This document shows, piece after piece, positions 12,858 to 25,399 of a stretch of DNA of 64,000 nucleotides; position 1 is the stretch's first letter, and every line of letters begins with the position of its first letter. Source of the stretch: Ostrea edulis (taxonomy: Eukaryota); the NCBI RefSeq assembly GCF_947568905.1, contig NC_079169.1:25792001-25856000 (forward strand), read 5' to 3'. Under the pieces are notes generated by a model. That model was given only the letters and a program-made list of their open reading frames with translations. It had not been told where the DNA came from and searched no databases. The position numbers and the translations under genes are program-made.

Positions 12858-13884
12858 CTGCAAGAGAAAAGAAAACCATTTGTAAATAATTTAAATGAAA
12901 TACATGATTGCTCAACTGCAGTTTCAAAATCATTATTTTCCAAATTTATCAAGATGACATAGAAACTGAACAAGTACATTTATAACTAGAAATAGCAATC
13001 TCAGAAAATACCATCTCCACAAATCTATCTACAGATGTCAGAATAGTTAATTGAAGAAATTTTCAGTTGAAAAGGAAATTCAGAATTTTCCTTTTTTAAA
13101 CCTTGTTTGAATGACCATTGGATAAGGCCATAGCACATTTACAGGTTTTCTTACTATGGGATTTCTAATTTTCAAGGCCTTGAAAAGAAATAACACTTTT
13201 TTCTGTCAGACCTAGTTATGTACTTGACCTTGACTTAGGACACTCCCAGATAATAACGGTTACCATTCTTTGTATCAAGTCTGGGCTTGCAGTGTATGTT
13301 TCACTGTTATAAAGTCATGGAGAAGACAAAAAGTGAACAGTTTTACCAATGACCTTATATTGCCTAAATGATGTTCAATGATAATAATTACAAAACCATA
13401 GGTCATCAGTAACAATGTACATGCATCTAATGTTTATCTCATACAAAGTTATTGATAAGATTTACATTAAATTTTTCTGCAAGTGGCTTTAGTCTTACAC
13501 TATAACCTTGTGTCAAGGTCATGATCTACCTTCAAGTGGTACAAATGTATATAATTATATGTTTCCTTGAGCATGCAATTCGTATTTGTTAGAAGAAATT
13601 TCAAGGCAGGAATTACATAATTTCCTGACATACTAAGACTGGCCTTGAACTAATACAAATGACCTTGACACAATGCCAGGTCATAAATAATCTTTTATAA
13701 AGCAGAAACTTCCAATGTTTCTGAGAGAGTTATGGACAGGATATGAATTATAGGTAAACATTTTCTGTGACTAATAATGAACTTGTCTTAATGACCTTGG
13801 TTTAACATTATGACATATCCTCAATACAATATATAGTTGCTGTCTGGGTACACTTGCACAGACATACCGTAAAGTTGCTGCTTT

Positions 13885-14137
13885 TTGTAACAGTGACGTG
13901 TTTCATACCGATTGTTAAGCCGTTCTTGGCACACTGATTTTGACTGCGGATAACTCCGTTTACCTGATCAGGATATGGGGTTCACGGCGGGTGTGACCGG
14001 TCAACAGGGGATGCTTACTCCTCCTAGGCACCTGATCCCACCTCTGGTGTGTCCAGGGGTCCGTGTTTGCCCAACTATCTATTTTGTATTGCTTGTAGGA
14101 GTTATGAGATTGATCACTGTTCGTTATCTTCACCTTG
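13885..14137 (+). mobile_element. Penelope-like retroelement 3' end fragment
   Basis: cgtgtttcataccgattg...gttatcttcacc, the reverse complement of the 6942-7190 copy. Confidence 0.8.
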
Positions 14138-14225
14138 CATAGTAGAGTTGATTCATCCTATATTTTGGTTTTGGAGGGAGGTGGGCAGAAACTAATAATT
14201 CTGATATTTCTTAAAGATTGCTTAC

Positions 14226-14318
14226 CATTGTGTCAATATTCCTTTTTAAAAAAGCACGCCAGAAGTCTATGGCTGTGGTTGGGTTGTTGAATAATCTGTG
14301 CCCATCTGCGAAAGCCCT
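14226..14318 (-). CDS. Unknown multi-exon gene, exon (RAFADGHRLFNNPTTAIDFWRAFLKRNIDTM)
   Basis: Acceptor ctttacag, donor gtaagc, 93 bp, open in phase 0. Confidence 0.75.
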
Positions 14319-14436
14319 CTGTAAAGCAATGAACCAAAAAAATATATCTAAATATTAAGACTGGGCATGATTTTGATATCTCATTTCTGTTCTCTGATTC
14401 TTATCATACAATTAAATAACAAGTTCAATATATTCA

Positions 14437-15090
14437 AACAAGAGGTACTGTGAGCAATGCTCCCTAAGAATACCCCCCGCTTACCCCAATCTCCCAAAGG
14501 GTGTTGTTAATAGGTATAAATTACCTCTTTCCTGAGTGTAAAAATATGGTATGCCTTTGTAAAAGGAAATGGAAGATATAGTCCGAACACAAATCCATAG
14601 TATAAACCTATAATTTTGACCTTGAGATCAAAGGTCAAGGTCATAAAGAGGTCATGAATGTACATGAAACATAGTCTCATGGCGATACACCCATGTCTTA
14701 TGGTATGACTATGTCAAAATCCTATAATCAATTTTGACCTTGATGTCAAAGATCAAGGTTATATGGAGGTCATGAAGGTACCCGACACATCGTCTCATGG
14801 TGGTACACTCATGTGTCAAATATGGTATGCCTATGTCAAAGAACAAAGAAGTTATGGCCAGGACACGAATCCATTGTTTTAAAAACCTTTCATTTTGACC
14901 TTGAGGTCAAGGTCATATAGAGGTCATGAAGGTACTCGACACATCGTATCATGGTGATCCACCTGTGTGCCAAATATGGTATGTCTATGTCAAAGAACAA
15001 AGAAGTTATGACCCGGACACGAATCTGCAGACAGACAGACGGACAGACAGAGTGATTCCTATATACCCCCATGAACTTCGTTCGGGGTAT
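14437..15090 (+). mobile_element. HINE with internal tandem units, (GACA) microsatellite and 3' hairpin
   Basis: Head aacaagaggtactgtgagcaatgc; repeats of ttttgaccttgaggtcaaggtc; tail gacagacagacggacagacag..taccccccatgaacttcgttcggggtata. Confidence 0.8.
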
Positions 15091-15269
15091 AAATATATCA
15101 GAAACAATATACATGGCTTAGTCATTCCAAAGGGAAAGTTGAAAATATTCAAATGTTAAAGGATGCTTTATGATCCTTTCATCACACTATGAAGGACAAA
15201 AACAAATAGCAATAGGTCAACAGAGTGATTCAAGTCACCTCATATGTAAAAAAGAATTTCAATCCTTAC

Positions 15270-15398
15270 CAGTGCAAGGGTCACCTTGAAATAAATTTTT
15301 ACATCCGACTCGGATGGCGACACCCATAAGGCTGAGAAAAGGTATCTCTGCAGATTTGTAATGGGCATCATCTCAACCCGCTTCTCTTGAGTCACTAG
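15270..15398 (-). CDS. Unknown multi-exon gene, exon (LVTQEKRVEMMPITNLQRYLFSALWVSPSESDVKIYFKVTLAL)
   Basis: Acceptor aatttcag, donor gtaagg, 129 bp, open in phase 0. Confidence 0.75.
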
Positions 15399-16261
15399 CT
15401 GAAATTTAATGTATGCATGAACAACAGGAAAATATCACCATGTTTCATATTATTTAGACTGAGAAATGAAATGTAGGATGTTACATTAGGCTAGCTTATA
15501 TCTACATCCCATCTGCATTTTTTCTTATAAACTCAGCTGAATACTTTGGCATTCAAAACACCATAACACAGACAGGCAGATAAAAAGTTAAAGGTAATTA
15601 ATGATTTTTATTTTTATTTCACAAATGTTGAACTTTCTTGTGCAAATTAAGTCATGAAATAAAATTAAAATTCATGCTCAAGTTGAACAATAACAGCTGT
15701 TCCCTTGATTTAGCTATACAAGTGTGGTGTGTATAATTTACTTCAAATAAGCCATATTTAATCAATCTATCAAGAAATCAATAAATTAATGAAAAGAAAA
15801 GTTTTACATTGTAAATTTTGAACGTTCAATGTGTCAAAACACAGACAACTGTGCAAACTGGACAAATGTTTATAACACACTAAAACTTAGGCATCTTTAA
15901 AAAAATATTTATTTGCCCTATCTCAACCAACTTGCAAAAAATGGCCCTACTTAAAACGTTTTTAACCTCAAGGAAACAATAAATTTTTTAATTAATTCCA
16001 GAATTTTCTTATCCCGTCAACAAAGATTTTAATCCTAGTTATACCTTTAATTTTATTAGATTTTGAAAGTTCAAAATTTGGTCGTGTAATTTTCTAGAAT
16101 TTGTTCCCCCACCTACCTATTGACCCAATTTTTTTTTTATCCTGAGTTGGGAGAGGACAAAAAAAGCCTCCAATTAATTAGATGCCATACTGTACGCTCC
16201 TGCAACTTCTAAAATTATTTTGCATGTCAAAATTTTATATTTTTAGTGTAAAATTCTGTAC

Positions 16262-16381
16262 CTTTTGACGAACCTGGTTCCTCCAGTTGGTGAAAGAATG
16301 GGAGGCATATGAGAAACATGTGATGATGACATTTTTGTCTGCCTCCCATCCACACCCCTCCAGAACTGATGTAATTTGTCT
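16262..16381 (-). CDS. Unknown multi-exon gene, exon (RQITSVLEGCGWEADKNVIITCFSYASHSFTNWRNQVRQK)
   Basis: Acceptor ctttttatcctcag, donor gtacag, 120 bp, open in phase 0. Confidence 0.75.
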
Positions 16382-17006
16382 CTGAGGATAAAAAGTAAAG
16401 GGATTAACATGTACGTGTTTTCTTGATATTGGTGTGGATTAAATTCACTGTTCTAAAAGTACTGCATCTGTTTACAATTTCTATGTACCTGGTAAGTGAT
16501 ATTGTACTACCTGAACTAGAAATTGAAAAAAAACATGTATACAAATCACTAAAAAATTGTCTCAGTCATAGGGGCCCATATTAATAAGAAAGTGAAAACT
16601 GCACTTAATATATCAATATTTAAAACAAATCATTAATTATTTGTAAATAAAACAGGATTTTTGCATTCCTGATGTGAACACAGGCACATCATGCGCAGAA
16701 CTAGAAGGGGGTGGGGTGTGTGTTTCGGACCCCCCTCCCTGGAATTTGCGGGGTAAATAAATGTACATAATAAAGTATCTAATAAATGGTCCTAGCCCCC
16801 CCCCCCCCTTCCGGAAAACAAGAACCTCTGTAAAGTTAGTACTAAGAGCCATACATACGATTCTCAAGAAGTAGTAAAGTGGCTAACAACACCCAACACC
16901 ATGCACTCTTAAATTATCACACCTTTTATTAAATCTTTAAGGAACACCTTTGTATTTTTCATTCAGAGTATCTTGGGATCTTTTTGTGTGTGTATATATA
17001 TATATT

Positions 17007-17144
17007 ATTACTACAGTAACTTGATCCAAAGAGTCGGATCACGTCGAGTTGACAGGCGCGGATGATCAGATCACACGAGACGCAATGATCCGCGCCTGTC
17101 AATGAGACATGATCCAACTCTTCGGATTAAGTTACTGAAGTAAT
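17007..17144. repeat. ~138 bp imperfect hairpin (MITE-like)
   Basis: attactacagtaacttgatccaaagag..ttgacaggcgcggat pairs with atccgcgcctgtcaa..ctcttcggattaagttactgaagtaat. Confidence 0.8.
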
Positions 17145-17757
17145 TTTTAAATCCCCGTTTATAAGATAATAAATGTAATCCAAAATTATCAAAAACACAG
17201 ACATACTATGAAATTATGTTTGGTGTACGCCATTTCGTTTGTGACACGGTCAATATTTTCCACAAATAAAGTTGTGTTGATGCATTGTGGCGTCATTGTG
17301 ATGGCATTTCAGAGGATATTGATACGGAATCAGAAAACCACAGTGTGGTGATCCGGAAAATAGGCTCACACGCTGTGAAATTCACAGTATCAAAGAACTA
17401 TACACTGATGGGTATAAAATAAATATACATATTACTTTTTAGAAGAAATTTCTGGTCTAATGGTTCTTGAGAACAAGAATTTTTAATGACCCCATCCAAT
17501 TTTCACTATTTCTTGATTATCTCCCCTTGGAAGAGGATGTGGCCTTTCATTTGAACAAATTTGAATCCCCTTTACCCATGGATACTCTGTGCCAAATTTG
17601 GTTGAAATTGGCGCAGAGGTTCTGGAGAAGATGAAAATTTGAAAAGTTAGTGACCACAGATGCCGGACAAATTTCGATCAGAAAAGCTCATTTGAGCCTT
17701 CAGCGCAGGTGAGCTAATAATAGCAATGACAGATTGTTATTTATAAAATATGTATAC

Positions 17758-17829
17758 CTTTAAATCCTCGTCATCTTCTCTTATCCATGGGCATGTGAAG
17801 AAGCTTTTTAGATGAGCTGTTAAAGGTTT
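17758..17829 (-). CDS. Unknown multi-exon gene, most 5' surviving exon (KPLTAHLKSFFTCPWIREDDEDLK)
   Basis: Acceptor ttttttttattcag, donor gtatac, 72 bp, open in phase 0. Confidence 0.7.
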
Positions 17830-18004
17830 CTGAATAAAAAAAAAAAAGTACATTAGCAACTAATTAGTAAAGGACCAGAGCCACAAAGTACTAAAATTGG
17901 CCCTTTCACCAAAATAAATGAGACTTTCACAGTTGATGCTCTAGGATTTATAGGTCATAGAACAATTTATTTTATAACAATATCTTTTCTAGTTTTCGTT
18001 TTAC

Positions 18005-18421
18005 AGTCGAGATGACTGTGTCACCAACATGTATGAAATCGTTCAGTTCATAAGACAAAGATGGCCCAATACCAAAGTTATCATCTCATTAACTACCCCA
18101 AGAAGTGATTTGCAGAAAAACAGTGCAGAAATGGTAAATGCTATTCTGAAACAGAAGTTTCTACAAAATAACGATGGAGCTATATCTTTTGTTGATCACC
18201 ACATGTTTGTTGACTCTGGTCTTAACCTAACCCTGTTGAATAAGGATGGATATCATCTCAATCCTAAAGGAGTATCCAAACTTGCTGCCAATTTCCGTTC
18301 GGCTATACATGCATCCCTACACCTAAATGTAGATCGTCGTTCCAGAAGCAGTTCACAGCGTCGGAATCACGGACGTGGACGAGGATTTCCTGGAAAACCT
18401 AGATACGCCAGACGAGATTAG
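18005..18421 (+). mobile_element. Non-LTR retrotransposon ORF1 C-terminal SGNH/GDSL esterase domain (5'-truncated)
   Basis: KVIISLTTPR..NAILK..DGYHLNPKG (DGxH motif) followed by an Arg/Ser-rich tail; lies 181 bp upstream of an APE ORF2. Confidence 0.8.
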
Positions 18422-18602
18422 ATAATCCTCCAGAGGTGTACATGCAGGTGTTGTAACATTCAGATATGTATATATATGTTTTTTCTTCTTCTTGTACATA
18501 GTTTGTATTATATTAGCAGTATAATAATTCTGAACCAAATTATATGTACATGCAGATAGTCAACATGGTATACTATTTTATATATTGTTAAACTTCATAT
18601 AA

Positions 18603-20305
18603 ATGAAGGTAAAAAATTTAAGATTTGGCCTACTTAATGTTGGAGGTCTAACATGTAAAGAGGGTAATAAGTTAGAGGAACCCTCATTTGTTGAGCAATT
18701 TAAGAAATATGATATTTTCTTCTTAATCGAAACCCACATAGGGTATGATTTCTGTGTTCCAAATATTGAGCCCTTTTATTGTCATACTATATGCAGGGCA
18801 AAGTCTACTAATAATAGATACTTTGGAGGATTAGCAATATTTTGTAATAAGTATATCAAACAACATGTAAAGATACTGACAAACAACAACAAAGACTTTC
18901 AGTGGCTGAAATTTGACAAAGATTTCTTTGGCTTTGAAAATGATTTATATCTATGTGTGATATATATTCCACCATTAATATCCTCATATTATAAGGCTTT
19001 ACAAATAGATATACTGGACTCCATTGAAAAAGATGTCTATAGATACTCCAAGTTTGGAGATGTTGTATTATGTGGGGACTTTAATGCAAGAGTGTCACAA
19101 GAAAATGATTTTATACCCAATGACAATTGTCTGTACGTACCAACTCATGTTAATTATCAATCTGATAGAAATATTAGGGAGCGTACAAGTCAAGATGAGA
19201 CAATTGATGCAAGAGGTAAACAATTATTAGACTTGTGTATTGGTAATCAACTAAGAATATTAAATGGCAGAGTATTCGGAGATTGTTTTGGAAGATACAC
19301 CTGTTATACAACAAAAGGTGCTAGTGTGGTAGACTATGTGATAGCCTCTGAGAAAATATTACCATGTTTTTTATATTTTCATGTAAATCAGTTCCACCCC
19401 ATATTCTCTGATTGTCATTCAGTACTAGAATGGCAAATATGTGTTGATTTTGCTTTTAAAATATGTGATGAACTGCCTGTATTTCAGTTAAAACCCAAGT
19501 TTATATGGGATGATAATTCAGCTGAGAAGTTTTGTTTAGCACTTAGTAGCACTGAATTCAGCAAGAAATTAAATTATTTTGTGAATGATCAAATTATTGA
19601 AAACACACAAAATTCAATAGACAAAGCCTGTGATGATTTGACATCCATTATACTATCTGCAGCTAAACAATCTCTGAAAGAGAACAGAAATGTGTCCAGC
19701 AATAAAACACACACATTAAAAAAACCAAAAATTGGTTTGATAACGACTTATTTAAGAAAAGAAAAGATCTATTACAATATGCAGAAATTTTTGCTAAATA
19801 CCCGAAAGATCCTTTGGTTCGAGGACACTTCTTTAAACTTAGGAGAAACTATGCAAAACTTAGGAAATTTAAATGTAGACAGTTCAAAAACAGCATGCTT
19901 GAAAAGATTGATGAACTGCATGATAATAATCCGAAAATGTTTTGGGAATTAATAAAGAAACTCTCAGATGAGAAAGTGGATGACAAAGGATCCCAAATAT
20001 CTTCTAAAGATTGGCTACACCATTTCATTATGTTAAATACTGTTACAGATTCTTTCAAATCTCGCATTGCTAGTTTGGATGAACAAGTATCTAAACTTGA
20101 ATCTAAAGCATGTTTTAATGAATTAGACTTTAGGATTTCTAAAACAGAAATCTCTGAAACAATATGTAAATTAAAATATAACAAATCTCCAGGATTAGAT
20201 AGAATAACTAATCACATGCTGAAACATGGACAAACCGCACTTATCGATAGTTTACATAAACTATTTAATAGCTGTATAGTGGGAGGTATTTACCAACTCA
20301 CCTAG
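18603..20305 (+). pseudogene. LINE ORF2 (RTEX/CR1-type): APE endonuclease plus the start of RT, frameshifted and 3'-truncated
   Basis: LLNVGGL, DIFFLIETH, YIPP, LCGDFNAR, ILNGR, SVVDYVI motifs. After a frameshift (~19730-19800) it continues NPKMFW..KSPGLDRITNHMLK..LFNSC and stops before the RT core. Confidence 0.9.
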
Positions 20306-23300
20306 TAAGAAAGGAAAAACTATTACAAGCATTGTTGTGGTTAAAAGCAAATAATCAAATATATGCCAACATATCTTTAAATTTTGACCATATTCCCGAA
20401 GATATAAACATTGAAAATGAACTAGCTGTCATCAATAACACTTATGAAGAGTATGCTGTAATACCATCAGATTATGTGATACCACACATTGACATTGAAA
20501 CTTTGTTGAATAGTGATATTCCTCATTTATCATTGAAAAGATGCAGGTCTACTCCATTAAATGCATACGACACTCCGAAAGGTGAAGAAATGGCATTCCC
20601 TCATTTGTTTCCCCTTGGTGTTAATGGATTTGGTCATGAAAGACTTGCAAAATTAACTGCTTCCAAGTATTTTAAGTGTAGGATGTATTATAAGGATGGT
20701 AGATTCAGAAAAGATATTTCCTATTTACTGCATGCAGTAAATTATTATGAAAAGGAAAGATTATTAAATGCTGTTAGTATTCACATGAGAATGAGAAAAA
20801 GCACTGGGTTGCTAACAGCAGCAGATGTAAATGATATTTCAAGTAATCCTGATTTATTACAAAACTCTTACATGTTTATGAAATTTATGAAAGGAACAGC
20901 TGCCTATTGGAAAAATAATTTATTAAATTTATTGGCAATGTTTAAATGTCTTGGACCTCCTAGCTTATTTGTAACATTATCAGCAAATGACATGCATTGG
21001 CCTGATTTGATCATGTCCCTGCAATGTTGCAGCTATGATACAGCATGTAACATGACAAACTGTTTACAGTTGGTGAAAAATGACCCAGTTTTGACAGCAC
21101 TTCATTTTCAACGGCGCTTTAGGATACTACTGAAAGATGTTATTCTTGGTCCTCTAATGCCTTTAGGAAAAGTAGTCGATTATTTCGCACGTGTAGAGTT
21201 CCAAAACCGCGGAAGCCCACATTATCATATTTTCTTTTGGATTGAAAATTTTTCAGAAATATTTAGTGACCATGAAAGGCTTGTAAAGTATATCAATGAC
21301 GTAATAAGCACAAAACACAGCACAAGTCGGTATGCTTCAAAATTTCAAACTCATCGTCATTCTGACTACTGTTTGAGAAAAACTGGCCGATGTCGCTTTG
21401 GTTTTCCATTCAGAGTAAAGAAGGAAACATACATTTTGAGTAATGTGGATTTACAATCAAATGTTATCAAAGGCAAGTTTTATGAAACTGAACGCACTGC
21501 TGATGATTGTTATATTAATGCTTTTAACCCTATTATTCTGAATCATTGGCAAGCTAATACGGACATACAAGTAATAGGTAATTGTGAATCAGCTGCTTAT
21601 TATGTCTGTGCTTATTTATGTAAAGCAGAACCCGAAAATTTAAAATTTGAATTGTTAAAAGTCATTAACAACTTAAATCAAATGACTGTTTTGTCTCAGT
21701 GTTCTAGAATGCTAAAAATTGGATATTGTGTGTTAAAGTCAAGAAAGCTAAGTGCTCAAGAAGCAGCATATAGGCTTCTTCAAGATTTAAATTTGATTAT
21801 TAGCTCAAGATCAGTTCAGACACTAAATACAAAACCACCAGAAAAGAGGTTCCGTGTACTGAAGTCAAAACAAGAGCGAGAGGAACTAGATGATACAAGT
21901 ACAGACATATTTTACAACAATGTGATAGACTATTATCATGCACGTCCAAATGAACTTTTTAATCTATGTTTATTTGAATTTTCACAATGGTACGTTAAGT
22001 GTGGAGACAAAGATGTTGATATAACTGTAGCTTCTTCAAGTAAGCAACCACGTACAAGGTTAAAGCACCATTTCAACATGTCATAATGCGTAAGAGATTA
22101 AAAGCCTTGATAATTCGCCTCCCAAAGTTGCCATTGTCATCTGATGATTACTTTTACAGTCTCTTGATGTGCTTTTTACCCCATCAAAATGAGGAAGAAC
22201 TTATACAAAGAAATCAGACATCAAAATATAGCACCGCAAGAGATGCATTTATTGCTAAAAGACAGAACATGCAATTAGACTTTTTAGAATCAGCAACGCT
22301 AGTAGATGAAATTGAAAATGCAGTGCGTTTTATTCAATGTTCTGTAAAAGAGATGGAGGCTTTTATTGCCCCATCTACTAGTGAACATGTACATGTTGAT
22401 GATGACTGTCTTTTGGAAGATCCCCCCATTATCTATATCACACCCCAATAACTTGGATGATGTAGATTTTCATTTGAGTAGTGAATTACAAAGTGAACTT
22501 AGTTGTGATAATAGTGATGAGCTGCATATCAATGAAATAAGTTCATCATCTATATCTTTTGATGAGATACAAAGCAGAATAGCAAGGTTAACAAGGTGTC
22601 AAAAAACTAATGCGGTACATTTTTAACCATTATAAAAACAGGGATAATTCTCAGCAACTTTGCATGTTTATTAGTGGTGGAGCAGGAGTTGGAAAAAGTT
22701 ACCTCACAAGACTGATAATTGACTGGTTAAACTGCTGTTGCCCAATTGTTTGTGGAAAATCCCCAGTAATGGTATGTGCTTCAACTGGAACAGCAGCTAG
22801 AAATATCTTGGGAATCACAATACATAGTGCACTGTATTTACCAGTGCAACATGGAAATGAACCCAATTTTTATGAATTATCTGGGAAAAGTTTGAAGAAA
22901 TTAAGATTCATTTATTCATATGTTCATACACTCATCATTGATGAAATTTCAATGGTTAGTGCAAAAACTTTTGAATACATTCATAGAAGACTAACTTCAA
23001 TTAAAGATAATGATAAACCATTTGGAAATTTAAATGTTATTGTCATAGGGGATTTCCTTCAGTTGAGACCTGTTAAAGGCAAATATGCCTTTGAAAATTC
23101 AATTCTATGGTCAACTTTTAAGCCTTTCATTCTCTAAGAAAATGTACGACAATCTGAAGATGTTACATATGCTTCAATTCTAAATCGAGCTAGGGTTGGT
23201 TTACTGAGTGAAGATGATCTCAAGATTTTACAGTCAAGGTTAATTCAACCCCCGCAAACAGATATTTCATCCCTACTTCATTTATTTCCTACACTGAAAG

Positions 23301-23963
23301 AAGTTCAAGAACATAACAACAAGATGCAAGTGTTGTTAAGTCGAAAATGTATTGAAGTGAAAGCTAAACATTATTATTCTCAAGATGACATAGAAAAAAA
23401 GGGTCCCATCTCTGATGATGATATCCCTGTAGATGATAGAAATGCAGGTGGGTTACCATGCCAGTTACAAATATCTACTGGGACAAGGGTTATGTTAATA
23501 AAAAATATATATACATCAAAAGGTTTAGTAAATGGAGCTCTTGGATATGTAGAGTCAATAGAAATGCACCAAGAAATGACTGGAGAAGTTAACTTAATAT
23601 ATGTAAAATTTGATGACCCACATATTGGAGGTATTCTTAAAAGGGTTGAACATAATAATGCAATAGCTATTGAACCTTTATATCAAGAATTTTATTACAA
23701 TGGAAGAATACTTGTTAGAGAGCAATTTCCTCTTATTCAAGCATGGGCAACTACAATCCATAAAGTGCAAGGTGCATCTTTATCACAAGCAGTTATTTCA
23801 ATTGGTAACAATGTTTTTGAAAATGGAATGGCTTATGTTGCTTTAAGCAGAATTAAAAAAAAACCTGTCTGGTTTATATTTACTGGCATTTAATTCTCGG
23901 AAAGTTGCACCCCTCTCAAAGCTTTGGAGGAATATACAAGACTAAGTTCTTTGACAAAGTAAT
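20290..23963 (+). pseudogene. Helentron/Helitron2-type Rep-helicase (HUH Rep + Pif1 helicase), decayed
   Basis: ALLWLKANNQIY, PSLFVTLSAND, RVEFQNRGSPHYH (Ser variant of motif 2), YYVCAYLCK, SGGAGVGKS, DEISMVS, GDFLQLRPV, TIHKVQG, YVALSR. Frameshifts near 22086, 22450, 22620 and 23860; in-frame stop at 23135-37; N-terminus missing. Confidence 0.92.
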
Positions 23964-24557
23964 AAGCCATTTAATGTTATATTTGTAGATATGTCCAAGT
24001 TGTCTCCCTGCATACTGAGAACTTTTGTACAAAAAAGTATTAGATTTATTGATTTATCCCTGTTTAGTTTTAAAAACATGCATATTTATAAGACTTTAAA
24101 GACATTCATTGCACTTTCTTTCTTTATGCAACAGTACCAGTATTACATCTTTTTTGCTCATTTCAGCTTGCTTGATCTTGTCTTAAAATAATATTAACAT
24201 TATTTCATAACATAACAATATGACAATGACAATATAAGGGGATTGTTTGATAAATTGAATATGAAAAGAGAAAATACCTACAAGAAGCACTTAATTGTAC
24301 ACTGCAACAGTATTGATAAATCAAAGCAATTGTTGATAATTTACTTTAAAAATGCCTGTCAATGATCATGATGACCTAAGATTTAACAAATTATTTTTTT
24401 CAAAATATGAATACAAATGATTGTGTAGATTATTGCAAAGAAGCCTAACATTGCATGCATATTCAAAAAGAAAATTATGACATTAAGAAAATGAAAAAAA
24501 AATATAGATGCGAAATGTTTGATATGTAATTATGATACAATATTGTGAAAATTGCAG

Positions 24558-24974
24558 ATGCTGAAAATAAAGGATATTAAAGACAAAGATGTTAAACATC
24601 TGCCACCATCCCCTTCAGTGAGAGGAGTTGTGCTAGATGTCAGTGACATAGAAAAATCACAAAATGCCCAATACAAAGATAAATTCTTTGCAATCATTGC
24701 TGATGAAACTGCTGCAGTATCTGTAACAGTGTATGATCCAAACAAAAGAAACAAATTTATTAAGGGAATGGCTGTAGTTCTAATGAATGTTCTTGTGAAG
24801 CAAAATTTTATAGCTGTTACAAGCAAAACAGATGTGGGAATTGCAAGACCATTCTCTATCCCTGATGATGTTAAGAGTGAAGAACCAACCCTTGCTGGAC
24901 AAACAATGACCTTAAAAGCTGCACTAGCTTCACCTGTGAAAACACTACTTACAGTCAAGGGAAAAGTTGTTAAG
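24558..24974 (+). CDS. OB-fold ssDNA-binding (RPA-like) protein, exon 1
   Basis: RGVVLDVS..FAIIADETAAVSVTVYD..FIKGMAVVLMNV OB-fold pattern; ATG after ttgcag; donor gt at 24975. Confidence 0.7.
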
Positions 24975-25129
24975 GTACTATATATTTAAAGATTGGAAAT
25001 ATATTATTTAGATTTTAAAGTAGTCTACTTTAATTGTGTCATTAAATGCATTAATATAATTTAGAAATATGAATCAATAAAGCATAAAAAACCTGTTTGG
25101 ATTCTCCAATTTTTTAATTTTTATTTCAG

Positions 25130-25342
25130 TTGTCACCAGCAAGCAAGAAAAGGGTTGAGCAAAATGATGTAAAATTCCAAGAGGTAATTCTGAAAGATAT
25201 TGATAGTCATGCAACAGTTGCAGTGTGGGACTCAATGGTAAATACTATTGAAAAGGGAGAATGTGTGCAGATTACAAAATGCAGGGTGCGTTTGTTCAAC
25301 GAGCAGAAAAGGTTAACCACTACAAGATCATCCCAGTCCGAG
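25130..25342 (+). CDS. OB-fold ssDNA-binding (RPA-like) protein, exon 2 (second OB fold)
   Basis: Splices in frame to give TVKGKVVK|LSPA..QEVILKD..ATVAVWD..IEKGECVQITKCRV; acceptor ttatttcag, donor gtttgt. Confidence 0.7.
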
Positions 25343-25399
25343 GTTTGTTGTTATACATATATAATCAATGGGATAATTCTATGAAAAATGTTTATTCTA

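Noticed and set aside
19849-20184. Antisense ORFs over LINE, Harbinger, OB and GT31 genes (also 305-794, 24530-24958, 31297-31609)
   Set aside because: Shadow ORFs of real coding sequence on the other strand.
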